Below, piece after piece: positions 47,010-61,699 of a stretch of DNA of 64,000 nucleotides (its first letter is position 1; every line of letters begins with the position of its first letter). Both the position numbers and the translations under genes were made by a program. The stretch comes from Macrostomum lignano (lineage: Eukaryota). Location of the stretch: contig NIVC01000197.1 in NCBI GenBank assembly GCA_002269645.1, forward strand, positions 496,001 to 560,000, written 5' to 3'. The notes below the pieces were generated by a model, which was given only the letters and a program-made list of their open reading frames with translations, had not been told where the DNA came from and searched no databases.

Positions 47010-47745
47010 CTTGTCCCCCCCTTGCCACCCATTTCTCGACAGCCACGATTCTCCACCTTCGTCATCCTGCTCTGATGCACACAGCCTCTCCACTCCTTCA
47101 GATTACCTGTCCATGACGTCCAGTCACCTTGTGGCCTGCCTCTGTCCATTCGTCCCTCAACACACCTTCAACCACAGTCTTCAGCACTCCATCAAACTCG
47201 CAACATACCCGAATATTTTTTCCCTTCATCAGATCTACAAAGCCTTCCACCTCCTTTCCAAAGATTCTTGTCACTTCCTTTTTAATCCAGTCGTTAGTAG
47301 ATCTTCTCCTTCCAGGAAATGTTTAGCATTCTTCTGTAGGCATGGATGAATGAATAGAATGGATTGCTATTCTGGCTCTGGCTATTTTCGTTTTTGACTC
47401 TTTTGCATCCGGTTCCCCCCCGTGCCTTTTCATTGGTTGATGATTGCCATAGACAATTTTCGGCCATCGCCCCTTTCTTTCGATGCACAAGCGCTTTCGC
47501 TCGTGTTTTGAAATAAAGGGGGAAGACCTACGAGCGCTCGATATTCTCTGCAAGTAACTGACATTCTCAGTTCTTTTCGCTTGTGCATCGAAAGAAAGGG
47601 GCGAAGGCCGAAAATTGTCTATGGCAATCATCAACCAATGAAAAGGCACGGGGGGGAACCGGATGCAAAAGAGTCAAAAACGAAAATAGCCAGAGCCAGA
47701 ATAGCAATCCATTCTATTCATTCATCCGTGTCTGTAGGTCAGTTA
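47010..47745 (-). mobile_element. Decayed 3' fragment of a second RTE element, interrupted by a foldback MITE
   Basis: Minus-strand frames give YRRMLNISWKEKI/TNDWIK...LKTVVEG.../RGRP...W.GNLKEW.G with frameshifts. Confidence 0.75.
47341..47730. mobile_element. 390-bp foldback MITE, ~150-bp arms, CA...TG termini, 8-bp TSD
   Basis: Near-perfect inverted arms (ca[t/c]ggatgaatgaatagaatgg...) with TSD tctgtagg (47333-47340, 47731-47738). Confidence 0.9.
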
Positions 47746-47949
47746 AAGTCTTTGCTATGCCTTTGCGCAGGTATAACGAATGGGGCATCTCGAGTGGACC
47801 CAGTTTATTAAGACCCGTGGATTGGGCCAGAGACACTGAGGCTCTGAATTCTTGCAATACCCCAAATTCTTCACGAGAAGCTCTCATGCTGCATTACAAG
47901 CAGAGGCGAGAGAATTCGATCAGTAACCTTGAGCTCAGTCAGTGCAGAC

Positions 47950-50900
47950 ATGTGGAGCCGCAGGACTGCACAGGAATCTGAGATCAAAAAAGACCAAGGA
48001 GGCGGCGGTAAAAAGCAGGCGGCAGCAGCCAAGGCAACAACAGCCGCGCCCTACGGCAAGGCGAGCGCAGCTCTGCGCAAAATCCGCGTCCGCCGGCGCA
48101 TCAACGCGGCCGCGGCAGCCGCCGCCAAGCCTGCTGCAACCGCGGCTGGGGCCGAACGCTGCGACGGCATCCAGCGTCATCAGTTCACTCTCGGTCGAGC
48201 AGCCGCGCTCGAGCCGATCGCCGAGGAAGTCGCGGCTTCAACGATGGGCACCAGATCGCTGAGCGGAGACAGCAGCTCCCAGGTGACGGAAACAGATGTC
48301 CACGCGATGTGCAGCAGCCAGTCATCGGCCGAGCTGGCCGAGCTCAGCACCGCCGAGGCGTTTGCCGACCAAGTGCCGACTTCGTCTACCACGGTGATGT
48401 CGCGAAGCGCGCAGGCCACGGCCGGCTCCACCTCGGGCTCTTCCAGCCTGCCGAGGCTGCCCAGCGTGCACCTGGAGCGCATCAGCGTGGCGCCGATGAC
48501 TCCGTCAGGCGAGTCGGTCGCTTTCAGCTTGAACCCGAGCTCGGACAGGCCACTGCCAGTTGATCAGCCGCTGAGCAGCAGCCGCAGCTTTAGCCTCAGC
48601 ATCGACAACAACTTCCTGATGGAGGACCCGGTGATTCGCGACTTCCTGGGCGACTGCAGCATCGACGGGGGCTTCAACAGCCGCAGCTGCGCGGCCTCGG
48701 TTAGCTTCGCCGTGCCGACGCATGACACCGACGAGCTTCCGACGGAGTCCGCCAGATATCGAGAGGATCTGAAAGACATCCAGCTCTGCACCGCCGAGGA
48801 GCGCGAGTGGCTGAGCGGCGGCAGCTTCGCCTCCAACAACGCCGCCTGGAACGGGAACAGCAGCGGCGGCCGTGGCGGCAGCTCGACAATCACGCCGTTG
48901 AAGTCGTCGGCTGACGCTGCATCCGCAAAAATCAGCAACGTGACCGCATCGCCGGTCAGCTCGGCGATTCGCCAGCAACTGTTGGCAAGGTCGTCGTCGA
49001 CAACGGAGATTCAAGACTCGTCGTCGTCTTCTGCCGAGTCGGTGGCGGTGGAGCGATGGAGGGAGAGGCCGCGGTTTCAGTTCACCGCGAGGTAATTCCG
49101 TCTGCCGTCTCGGTCTGTCCCGAGCCCTATCATGTTAAACTGGAAACACACCAGGGTATTCATATAGTGAAGGAACTGGTGGATATGGTCAAACGACTAT
49201 ACCTCTCGATGCCTTCAATAAGCACCTTTGACACGGCCTACTTAAACTTTCTCCATTGACATCAAACCGGTGCCCCAAAGGAGGAATTACTGTTCAACTT
49301 CCTAAAGCTGCCTAGAGGTGCTTCGACCATAGACAGCTGAACTGTGCCACCGATATGCTGCGAGAATGGGCCTTACCGATTGAAACTCCGAAAGCTTTAA
49401 TTTAGTACCGAGTTAGTTTTAGTCATTAGACAGAGATTAAGGAGAACGACAAACAAAACGGGAGGGAATTATTGCAAAAAATGCGTTGTTTCATAGGGTG
49501 AAGTGAGGGTTTATGACAGCTGCGTCTGTTTAGATCTACCAAGGAGGCAGAGAATTCTAGAACTTTCTAGAATTTTAGGCTGTTCACGAGGTGCCGCGTG
49601 GTTAAAAAAATACTTGATTTTTTCCGCCCTCTTCTCTGTCCCAGCAGGTTGAAACTCGTATTGATTGACAAGACCGCAATTAAACTGACATTCCCAGGTA
49701 TCCCTCTCTTTCGACTGAACCGACAGTCGCAAGCAGATCGAACTATTCTAGAAGCCAACAACAGCAGAGTGCGGAGAGCCGGCTCGACCGCGGCAGCTTT
49801 CAGCGGCAGCAGCAGCTGGGAGCCGACACACCTACCGACGTGGCGCTGATCCTGGAGGTGCAGCGGGGCGGCCGGCAGTCGAACAGCTTCACCTCGAACA
49901 GCAGCCTGAGCCAGCCGCAGACATCGACTCCAACATCACCGGGACGGTCTGACAGACAGCTTCAGGACTCGTCCGATTCGTCAAAAGTGGAGCTGGAGGT
50001 GGCGCCGGGCGCGTCGGGTCTCGGGCTAGACCAGTCGGCACAGTCAGCAACGTCGGCACAGTCGGCACTGTCGGCACAGTCGGCAACGTCGGCACAGTCG
50101 GACAGCTCTGCGACACCAATGTCTTTGGCGGCTAGGGAGGCAGCAGCGGCGGCAGCTGCAGCGGCGGCCCAGGCAGGCGGCGGAGATGCCAAAGATCGTC
50201 TTAAGGTGAGCTCGAGATTGATTTCTGACATGTATATGTAAATGTATGTGTAAATGTATGTGTAAATGTATGTGTAAATGTATGTGTAAATTTATGAGTA
50301 AATGTATGTGTAAATGTATGTGTAAATGTATGTGTAAATGTATGTGTAAATGTATGTGTAAATGTATGTGTAAATGTATGTGTACGAAGTACATGCAATT
50401 CAAGCTGCACTTGCGCTAAATTTTAATGTTAAATTAAATGTTAAATAATCATGCACTTTATAACTGGAAACTCTTTCCAAGTTATGTCGTAGAAAATTCA
50501 AGCCCGGACGAAAGCCTAACTCAGAATCAAAACCGTCCCCAGAATCGGCAGTACGAAGAGCTCCAGCGGCCCCCAGGCTACTCGCAGCCGTCAGGCGGCA
50601 TCGGCGCAAAGGCAGGCCCTGACGGCGCAAAAGCAGCAGAGGCAACCGCCAGCCAGGCTTTGCAAGACAGCTACTTTCGAGACGGAGACCGGCTGCCCGC
50701 TGACCTCCCGCAGGCGTCTCGGCAGGCGTTGGACTGCGGCGGCGCCGTGGCAGCGAATCTCGGCTGCGTCTGCGGCAGTCCAGTTGGCGGGCACCGGCTA
50801 TCGTCGGACTGTTTGCGACAGCTGATGCGCCTGTGCACACCTGGCTGCGGCGGCAGTGGCTGCGGCGGTCGCGGCTGCAACAGTGGTGGCTGTGGAAGCG

Positions 50901-51079
50901 GTGGCTGTGGAGGCGGTGGCTGTAGCGGCGGCTGCGGCGGTAGGAGCTGCTGTAGCCAACATCATCAACCGGCCTGCTGCTCCTCGTCGCACTGTCGACA
51001 TCAGCCAGCACCGTCAGGATGTGGCTGCGGCCACGGGCGTGGTGGCTGCGGTACCAGCAGCTGCTGCTCCAGTTCTCGC

Positions 51080-51110
<31 letters not shown>

Positions 51111-51523
51111 CCAACAGCGGTTGCGGTGGCGGGGCTGTTGGCTTCAGAAACTGCTGCTCCTCATCGTCAGGCTACGGAAGCGGCTGCTGTCGCTGCTGCT
51201 GTCGCTGTCTTGGCTATCCGCAGTCGTGCTGTCTGCCGTATCAGTTCCAATATCAGCCGTGCGAAGTTTTGGGTCAGCAGCCTTCCAATCAGCCGCAGCA
51301 GCAGCAGCAGCAGCCGGACCAGCTGCAGTCCATCAACTGCTATTCCAAATTTGCACCGAGCTGGGCAGCCAACAGCGGCAGCGGCGGCAGCGGCTGGCTG
51401 TCCAGAAGCAAAGCTGCCGCTGCCGCCGCCGCCTCGGCCTTCTCATGGCGTCCGGAGCGAGGCGACACGGCAACGGCGGCGGACATTGCGGCGGAAAAGC
51501 TGGTCAGGGTTGAGAAGCCATAG
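47950..51523 (+). CDS. Uncharacterised Ser/Ala-rich disordered protein with a Cys/Gly-rich C-terminal region; exons ~47950-49091, 49698-50205, 50543(or 50525)-51523
   Basis: Three GC-rich open exons join in phase through GT-AG introns (~876 aa). Contains a GCGG repeat block and a C9 run. No recognised family. Confidence 0.65.
50229..50385. repeat. Intronic 12-bp repeat (atgtatgtgtaa)n
   Basis: About 13 tandem copies. Confidence 0.95.
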
Positions 51524-51924
51524 CTGCACTCAATGTATGGACTGACTGCTCTGCAGCATGCGGTCATGCAGATCAAATATGCGGTCGAGGATTCGGTGTC
51601 TAGTCCTACGAATACATAGAAGACTTTCATACACGTGTATTATATAGAGTAAATACACCATGCACTTTTAATTAAGGAACCAAGCGCTGTTCAGTGGCAA
51701 CTGCTGCTGCGTAATCGTAATTAACTGAAAAAAGTGAGCGCGGATTCGCTTAAATATACACGCTGCAACAGTCGCTTACAAGTAGTATATTGTCTCCTGA
51801 TTAGATATTGCACAATATTTGTGCAGTCTATTTGAGGTGGCAAGCTTTGAAATACATGTAGGGCCATTTACTTTATCATCTTTTGTCTACTGTCGAAATT
51901 AAATTTCATGGACTGCATTGAAAG

Positions 51925-52910
51925 GTTAGCAACCACCGGTTAGCAACTCTCGGTTAGCAACCACCGGTTAGCAACTCTTGGTTAGCAACTCTTTGGTTAG
52001 CGACCACCGGTTAGCAACCACCGGTTAGCAACTCTCGGTTAGCAACCACCGGTTAGCAACTCTTTGGTTAGCGACCACCGGTTAGCAACCACCGGTTAGC
52101 AACTCTCGGTTAGCAACCACCGGTTAGCAACTCTCGGTTAGCGACCACCGGTTAGCAACCACCGGTTAGCAACTCTTATTTAGCAACCACCGGTTAGCAA
52201 CTCTTTGGTTAGCAACCACCGGTTAGCAACTCTCGGTTAGCGACCACCGGTTAGCAACCACCGGTTAGCAACTCTTATTTAGCAACCACCGGTTAGCAAC
52301 TCTTTGGTTAGCAACCACCGGTTAGCAACTCTTTGGTTAGCAACCACCGGTTAGCAACTCTTATTTAGCAACCACCGGTTAGCAACTCTTGGTTAGCGAC
52401 CACCGGTTAGCAACTCTCGGTTAGCAACCACCGGTTAGCAACCACCGGTTAGCAACCACCGGTTAGCAACTCTCGGTTAGCAACCACCGGTCAGCAACTC
52501 TCGGTTAGCGACCACCGGTTAGCAACTCTTGGTTAGCGACCACCGGTTAGCAACTCTCGGTTAGCAACCACCGGTTAGCAACCACCGGTTAGCAACCACC
52601 GGTTAGCAACTCACCGGTTAGCAACCACCGGTTAGCAACTCACCGGTTAGCAACTCTCGGTTAGCAACCACCGGTTAGCAACTCTCGGTTAGCAACCACC
52701 GGTCAGCAACTCTCGGTTAGCGACCACCGGTTAGCAACTCTCGGTTAGCAACCACCGGTTAGCAACTCTTGGTTAGCGACCACCGGTTAGCAATCACAGG
52801 TTAGCAACCACCATTTAGCAACTCTTGGTTAGCAACCATCGGTTAGCCACCACCGGTTAACAACCACCGGTTAGAAACTCCCGGTTAGCAACGACCAGTC
52901 AAGGACCAGC
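51925..52910. repeat. Minisatellite of 14-15-bp variants (ggttagcaaccacc / ggttagcaactctc)
   Basis: About 68 units of alternating variants. Confidence 0.95.
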
Positions 52911-53269
52911 GGTTAGCAAAAAACAAACTACCTGTTGAAAATCAATAGTAGAGATCAGCATGTACTAAATAAAAACCTGTAAGACTACTGCGCAGCCATA
53001 TAAAATAATTTATTTTAGGTGCAAAGAAAGCACAGTCGAACATGGGCGCGCGCGAAACATGGAAACTACGAGTACTTTAGAACCAGTTGAAAAGACGCAA
53101 TGCTAACAGCTGATGCTTGTGAACAGGAATCAACAAGCTAAAACCTTTAATAATTGCAAGATTTGCTAATATAAAGTTTAAGCAAGGTTATCATTGGATT
53201 TCAGATTTGGTCACTGGATAATCTATGTCTTACCTTGACTTAAGGAGTTGGCCTCATAAGATCTAGAAT

Positions 53270-53892
53270 CCGGAAAGCTTCATCTGGGATAAGGGATTCT
53301 GGGGCTCGGAAAGCTTCATCTGGGATCAGGGATTCTGGTGCTCGGAAAGCTTCATCTGGGATCAGGGATTCTGGGGTTCGGAAAGCTTCATCTGGGATCA
53401 GGGATTCTGAGGCTCGGAAAGCCTCATCTGGGATCAGGGATTCTGGGGTTCGAAAAGCTTCATCTGGGATCAGGGATTCTGGGGGTTTGGAAAGCCTCAT
53501 CTGGGATCAGGGATTCTGGGGTTTGGAAAGCCTCATCTGGGATCAGGGATTCTGGGGGTTTGGAAAGCCTCATCTGGGATCAAGGATTCTGGGGGTTTGG
53601 AAAGCTTCATCTGGGATCAAGGATTCTGGGGGTTTGGAAAGCTTCATCTGGGATCAAGGATTCTGGGGGTTTGGAAAGCCTCATCTGGGATCAAGGATTC
53701 TGGGGGTTTGGAAAGCTTCATCTGGGATCAAGGATTCTGGGGGTTTGGAAAGCTTCATCTGGGATCAAGGATTCTGGGGGTTTGGAAAGCTTCATCTGGG
53801 ATCAAGGATTCCGGGGGTTTGGAAAGCTTCACCTGTGATCAGGGATTCTGGGGCTCGGAAAGCTTCATCTGGGTTGCGGGATTCTGGGGCTC
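53270..53892. repeat. Minisatellite, 36-37-bp unit (ggaaagcttcatctgggatcaaggattctggggg...)
   Basis: About 17 copies immediately downstream of the TrpRS stop. Confidence 0.95.
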
Positions 53893-53962
53893 CTGAAAAG
53901 CAGACGCAGACTAAAATGTGTGGCCAGCTCAGGCAGCCGGTGCAAATGCAAAGTCGAATGCG

Positions 53963-56289
<2,327 letters not shown>

Positions 56290-56363
56290 TCTCTGAAACA
56301 GGCATAATTTATGATAATTAGGCCGACCAGCAAAACTAGAGGGAATTGAGTAACTCAGAATTG

Positions 56364-59300
56364 AGTAGCAGCTCACTAGAGATCTGGGAAATGAGTAGCA
56401 GCTCACTAGAGATCTGGGAAATGAGTAGCAGCTCACTAGAGATCTGGGAAATGAGTAGCAGCTCACTAGAGATCTGGGAAATGAGTAGCAGCTCACTAGA
56501 GATCTGGGAAATGAGTAGCAGCTCACTAGAGATCTGGGAAATGAGTAGCAGCTCACTAGAGATCTGGGAAATGAGTAGCAGCTCACTAGAGATCTGGGAA
56601 ATGAGTAGCAGCTCACTAGAGATCTGGGAAATGAGCAGCAGCTCACTAGAGATCTGGGAAATGAGCAGCAGCTCACTAGAGATCTGGGAAATGAGCAGCA
56701 GCTCACTAGAGATCTGAGAATGGAGTAGCAGCTCACTAGAGATCTGAGAATGTAGTAGCAGCTCACTAGAGATCTGAGAATGGAGTAGCAGCTCACTAGA
56801 GATCTGGGAAATGAGTAGCAGCTCACTAGAGATCTGAGAATGGAGTAGCAGCTCACTAGAGATCTGGGAAATGAGTAGCAGCTCACTAGAGATCTGGGAA
56901 ATGAGTAGCTGCTGACTAGAGATCTGGGAAATGAGTAGCAGCTCACTAGAGATCTGAGAATGGAGTAGCAGCTCACTAGAGATCTGAGAATGGAGTAGCA
57001 GCTCACTAGAGATCTGAGAATGGAGTAGCAGCTCACTAGAGATCTGAGAATGGAGTAGCAGCTCACTAGAGTCTGGGAAATGAGTAGCAGCTCACTAGAG
57101 ATCTGGGAAATGAGTAGCAGCTCACTAGAGATCTAAGAAATGAGTAGCAGCTCACTAGAGATCTGAGAATGGAGTAGCAGCTCACTAGAGATCTGGGAAA
57201 TGAGTAGCTGCTCACTAGAGATCAGGGAAATGAGTAGCAGCTCACTAGAGATCTGGGAAATGAGTAGCTGCTGACTAGAGATCTGGGAAATGAGTAGCAG
57301 CTCACTAGAGATCTGAGAATGGAGTAGCAGCTCACTAGAGATCTGAGAATGGAGTAGCAGCTCACTAGAGATCTGAGAATGGAGTAGCAGCTCACTAGAG
57401 TCTGGGAAATGAGTAGCAGCTCACTAGAGATCTGGGAAATGAGTAGCAGCTCACTAGAGATCTGGGAAATGAGTAGCAGCTCACTAGAGATCTGAGAATG
57501 GAGTAGCAGCTCACTAGAGATCTGGGAAATGAGTAGCTGCTCACTAGAGATCAGGGAAATGAGTAGCAGCTCACTAGAGATCTGGGAAATGAGTAGCTGC
57601 TGACTAGAGATCTGGGAAATGAGTAGCAGCTCACTAGAGATCTGAGAATGGAGTAGCAGCTCACTAGAGATCTGAGAATGGAGTAGCAGCTCACTAGAGA
57701 TCTGAGAATGGAGTAGCAGCTCACTAGAGATCTGGGAAATGAGTAGCAGCTCACTAGAGATCTGAGAATGGAGTAGCAGCTCACTAGAGATCTGGGAAAT
57801 GAGTAGCAGCTCACTAGAGATCTGGGAAATGAGTAGCTGCTGACTAGAGATCTGGGAAATGAGTAGCAGCTCACTAGAGATCTGAGAATGGAGTAGCAGC
57901 TCACTAGAGATCTGAGAATGGAGTAGCAGCTCACTAGAGATCTGAGAATGGAGTAGCAGCTCACTAGAGATCTGAGAATGGAGTAGCAGCTCACTAGAGT
58001 CTGGGAAATGAGTAGCAGCTCACTAGAGATCTGGGAAATGAGTAGCAGCTCACTAGAGATCTAAGAAATGAGTAGCAGCTCACTAGAGATCTGAGAATGG
58101 AGTAGCAGCTCACTAGAGATCTGGGAAATGAGTAGCTGCTCACTAGAGATCAGGGAAATGAGTAGCAGCTCACTAGAGATCTGGGAAATGAGTAGCTGCT
58201 GACTAGAGATCTGGGAAATGAGTAGCAGCTCACTAGAGATCTGAGAATGGAGTAGCAGCTCACTAGAGATCTGAGAATGGAGTAGCAGCTCACTAGAGAT
58301 CTGAGAATGGAGTAGCAGCTCACTAGAGATCTGGGAAATGAGTAGCTGCTGACTAGAGATCTGGGAAATGAGTAGCAGCTCACTAGAGATCTGAGAATGG
58401 AGTAGCAGCTCACTAGAGATCTGAGAATGGAGTAGCAGCTCACTAGAGATCTGAGAATGGAGTAGCAGCTCACTAGAGATCTGGGAAATGAGTAGCAGCT
58501 CACTAGAGATCTGAGAATGGAGTAGCAGCTCACTAGAGATCTGGGAAATGAGTAGCAGCTCACTAGAGATCTGAGAATGGAGTAGCAGCTCACTAGAGAT
58601 CTGAGAATGGAGTAGCAGCTCACTAGAGATCTGAGAATGGAGTAGCAGCTCACTAGAGATCTGGGAAATGAGTAGCTGCTGACTAGAGATCTGGGAAATG
58701 AGTAGCAGCTCACTAGAGATCTGAGAATGGAGTAGCAGCTCACTAGAGATCTGAGAATGGAGTAGCAGCTCACTAGAGATCTGAGAATGGAGTAGCAGCT
58801 CACTAGAGATCTGAGAATGGAGTAGCAGCTCACTAGAGATCTGAGAATGGAGTAGCAGCTCACTAGAGATCTGGGAAATGAGTAGCTGCTGACTAGAGAT
58901 CTGGGAAATGAGTAGCAGCTCACTAGAGATCTGAGAATGGAGTAGCAGCTCACTAGAGATCTGAGAATGGAGTAGCAGCTCACTAGAGATCTGAGAATGG
59001 AGTAGCAGCTCACTAGAGATCTGGGAAATGAGTAGCAGCTCACTAGAGATCTGAGAATGGAGTAGCAGCTCACTAGAGATCTGGGAAATGAGTAGCAGCT
59101 CACTAGAGATCTGAGAATGGAGTAGCAGCTCACTAGAGATCTGAGAATGGAGTAGCAGCTCACTAGAGATCTGAGAATGGAGTAGCAGCTCACTAGAGAT
59201 CTGGGAAATGAGTAGCTGCTGACTAGAGATCTGGGAAATGAGTAGCAGCTCACTAGAGATCTGAGAATGGAGTAGCAGCTCACTAGAGATCTGAGAATGG

Positions 59301-59775
59301 AGTAGCAGCTCACTAGAGATCTGAGAATGGAGTAGCAGCTCACTAGAGATCTGAGAATGGAGTAGCAGCTCACTAGAGATCTGAGAATGGAGTAGCAGCT
59401 CACTAGAGATCTGGGAAATGAGTAGCAGCTCACTAGAGATCTGAGAATGGAGTAGCAGCTCACTAGAGATCTGGGAAATGAGTAGCAGCTCACTAGAGGT
59501 CTGAGAATGGAGTAGCAGCTCACTAGAGATCTGAGAATGGAGTAGCAGCTCACTAGAGATCTGAGAATGGAGTAGCAGCTCACTAGAGATCTGAGAATGG
59601 AGTAGCAGCTCACTAGAGATCTGAGAATGGAGTAGCAGCTCACTAGAGATCTGAGAATGGAGTAGCAGCTCACTAGAGATCTGAGAATGGAGTAGCAGCT
59701 CACTAGAGTCTGGGAAATGAGTAGCAGCTCACTAGAGATCTGGGAAATGAGTAGCAGCTCACTAGAGATCTGGGA
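56364..59775. repeat. 3.4-kb satellite, 30-bp unit with two main variants (…gatctgggaaatgag… / …gatctgagaatggag…)
   Basis: About 113 copies between the ECH stop and the WARS2 start. Confidence 0.97.
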
Positions 59776-60141
59776 AAAAAGTAGGCAGAGTAGCTCACAA
59801 TAACCAAGACTTATAGGAAGCATCGAAATCGTAATAATTTTTACAAGAAATAGTGAGAAATTGTCACAAATACGCAATCAGGTGTATATATGCATTGTGA
59901 GAGATTCAATTTAGACTACTGAGAAAAGTAGATTAATAATGATTTCAAACGTACAATTTCTCATGCGCACTAGAAGTACTGGGAACTGACGAAAACAAAC
60001 AAGCCAAAGACCGGTCGAGGTTCGACTCCTCACTTTAGTGTGTCAGATGCATGCGTGAACCGGTTTATTTACAGTTTAAAAACTATCAAAAATTTTCAGA
60101 AAAAAATTGGCACCATTTTGAATTTACATAACAACAGAAGG

Positions 60142-61563
60142 TCAGTTGCGATCTCTCTCCTGCACAGCCTGCTTGAAGCCGACCTCCTCGCAGCGCCGCT
60201 GAAACTGCACACCCTCGGGCGTGTGTCTGGACATGCCGTCGAGGAGGGTGGCCAGCCGCTGGGTGTTGGCCAGCCCGGCCGCCTCAACGACACTGTTCAA
60301 CATCAGCTTCTGGAAGAACAGCTGGTTAACCGGCACGCCGGCCAGGCGGTCGGTGAACCGGCGCTCAGCCTCGTCGATTTGCTCGGTCGGCACGGACTCG
60401 CCAACCAGGCCGATTTGGGCGGCCCGGCGGCCGCTGATGACGTCACCAGTGAGCAGCAGCCGCTTGGCCTGCTCCAGGCTAAGCCTGTGAGCCCACATGG
60501 CGGTTGTTGGGCAGCCCCACAGCCTGGCTGGCGGGTAGCCGATCTTGGCGTCATCCGTTGCTATGGTGACGTCGCACAGCAGAGCCATGTCGGAGCCGCC
60601 GCCAATGCAAGAGCCTTCGATTCTTTGATTGGATTGCGGAATCGAATGGGTTAAACAGCACCAGTCACGAGATGCTGCAGCATAATCACTGACGAATGCT
60701 CTATCAGTGACTCATAGAAGCCGCTATCAGTGACTCATACAAGCCTCTATCAGTGACTCATAGAAGCCGCTATGAGTGACTCATAGAAGCCTCTATCAGT
60801 GACTCATAGAAGCCGCTATGAGTGACTCATAGAAGCCTCTATCAGTGACTCATAGAAGCCGCTATCAGTGACTCATAGAAGCCTCTATCAGTGACTCATA
60901 GAAGCCTCTATCAGTGACTCATAGAAGCCTCTATCAGTGACTCATAGAAGCCTCTATCAGTGACTCATAGAAGCCGCTATCAGTGACTCATAGAAGCCTC
61001 TATCAGTGACTCATACAAGCCTCTATCAGTGACACACAAAAGCTTCTATGAGTAACACAAAAGCCTCTAGTTCTACATACGAATCATTTCTAGTTCTGGA
61101 TAATTAAGGTACAAACTTTAGTACAATTTCAATAGTGATCAGCGCACCTGGCCAACACAGGTTTCAGGCTGCGCCACAGTGACATGTAGTGCTGAGTAGC
61201 TCGCCACATGAACTGATAATCCTCATAGGGATCCCACGGCATCAGTTGGCTTCCAGGCTGGCTGCCGCGGGGCGCCTCAGCGTACAGCTTCAAATCATAG
61301 CCAGAGCAGAAATTCCCACCTGCTCCCTGCAGCACCAGCACCTTCACTGACGGGTTATCATTGGCCTCTGCCACCAGACTCTCTAGCAGGGATGGCATTG
61401 AGGCTTCTATTGCATTCATTGATGCAGGACGATTGAGAGTTATGCGAGCTACATGACCTTCAATAGAGAGCTTTACTGGTTTCTGCTGTTGCTGTGAGCA
61501 GAGAAAGCGGCATGGTGTGAAGGCCGTAGAACACCTAACAGCATAAGCCACGCCCTGCCACAT
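60142..61563 (-). CDS. Enoyl-CoA hydratase/crotonase-family protein with a putative mitochondrial presequence; exons 61563-61148 and 60622-60142 (298 aa)
   Basis: ARITLNRP...NAI, FCSGYDL, G.CIGGGSDMALLCD, IGYPPARLWG.P...MW..RL....AKRLLLTGD and DG..RHTPEG. The intron is GT-AG and in phase. Confidence 0.92.
60697..61040. repeat. Intronic minisatellite, 23-bp unit ctatcagtgactcatagaagcc(t/g)
   Basis: About 15 copies in the ECH intron. Confidence 0.95.
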
Positions 61564-61699
61564 TGTTTGGCTTAGTCTAAATAAGCATGAAAAGTAGGTA
61601 GCAAATGAAAATTATATGACATTTTTATCAATAATCTGATTTTGGCATAATTTTGGCGTGATTTTGGCATAATTTTGGTGTGACTGCAATGCCAAAATG

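Noticed and set aside
51925-52910. Interstitial telomeric repeat (GGTTAG)
   Set aside because: The units are 14-15 bp and never form (TTAGGG)n.
56364-59775. CRISPR-like regular repeats (also 13012, 30517, 38237, 55256)
   Set aside because: These are head-to-tail tandem repeats with no unique spacers and no cas genes.
58150-59877. Long ORFs in the track over satellites (also 55288-55962, 53338-54275, 57551-57994, 45270-45977, 13055-13412)
   Set aside because: They are stop-free only because the repeat unit lacks stops, and they lie in introns or spacers.
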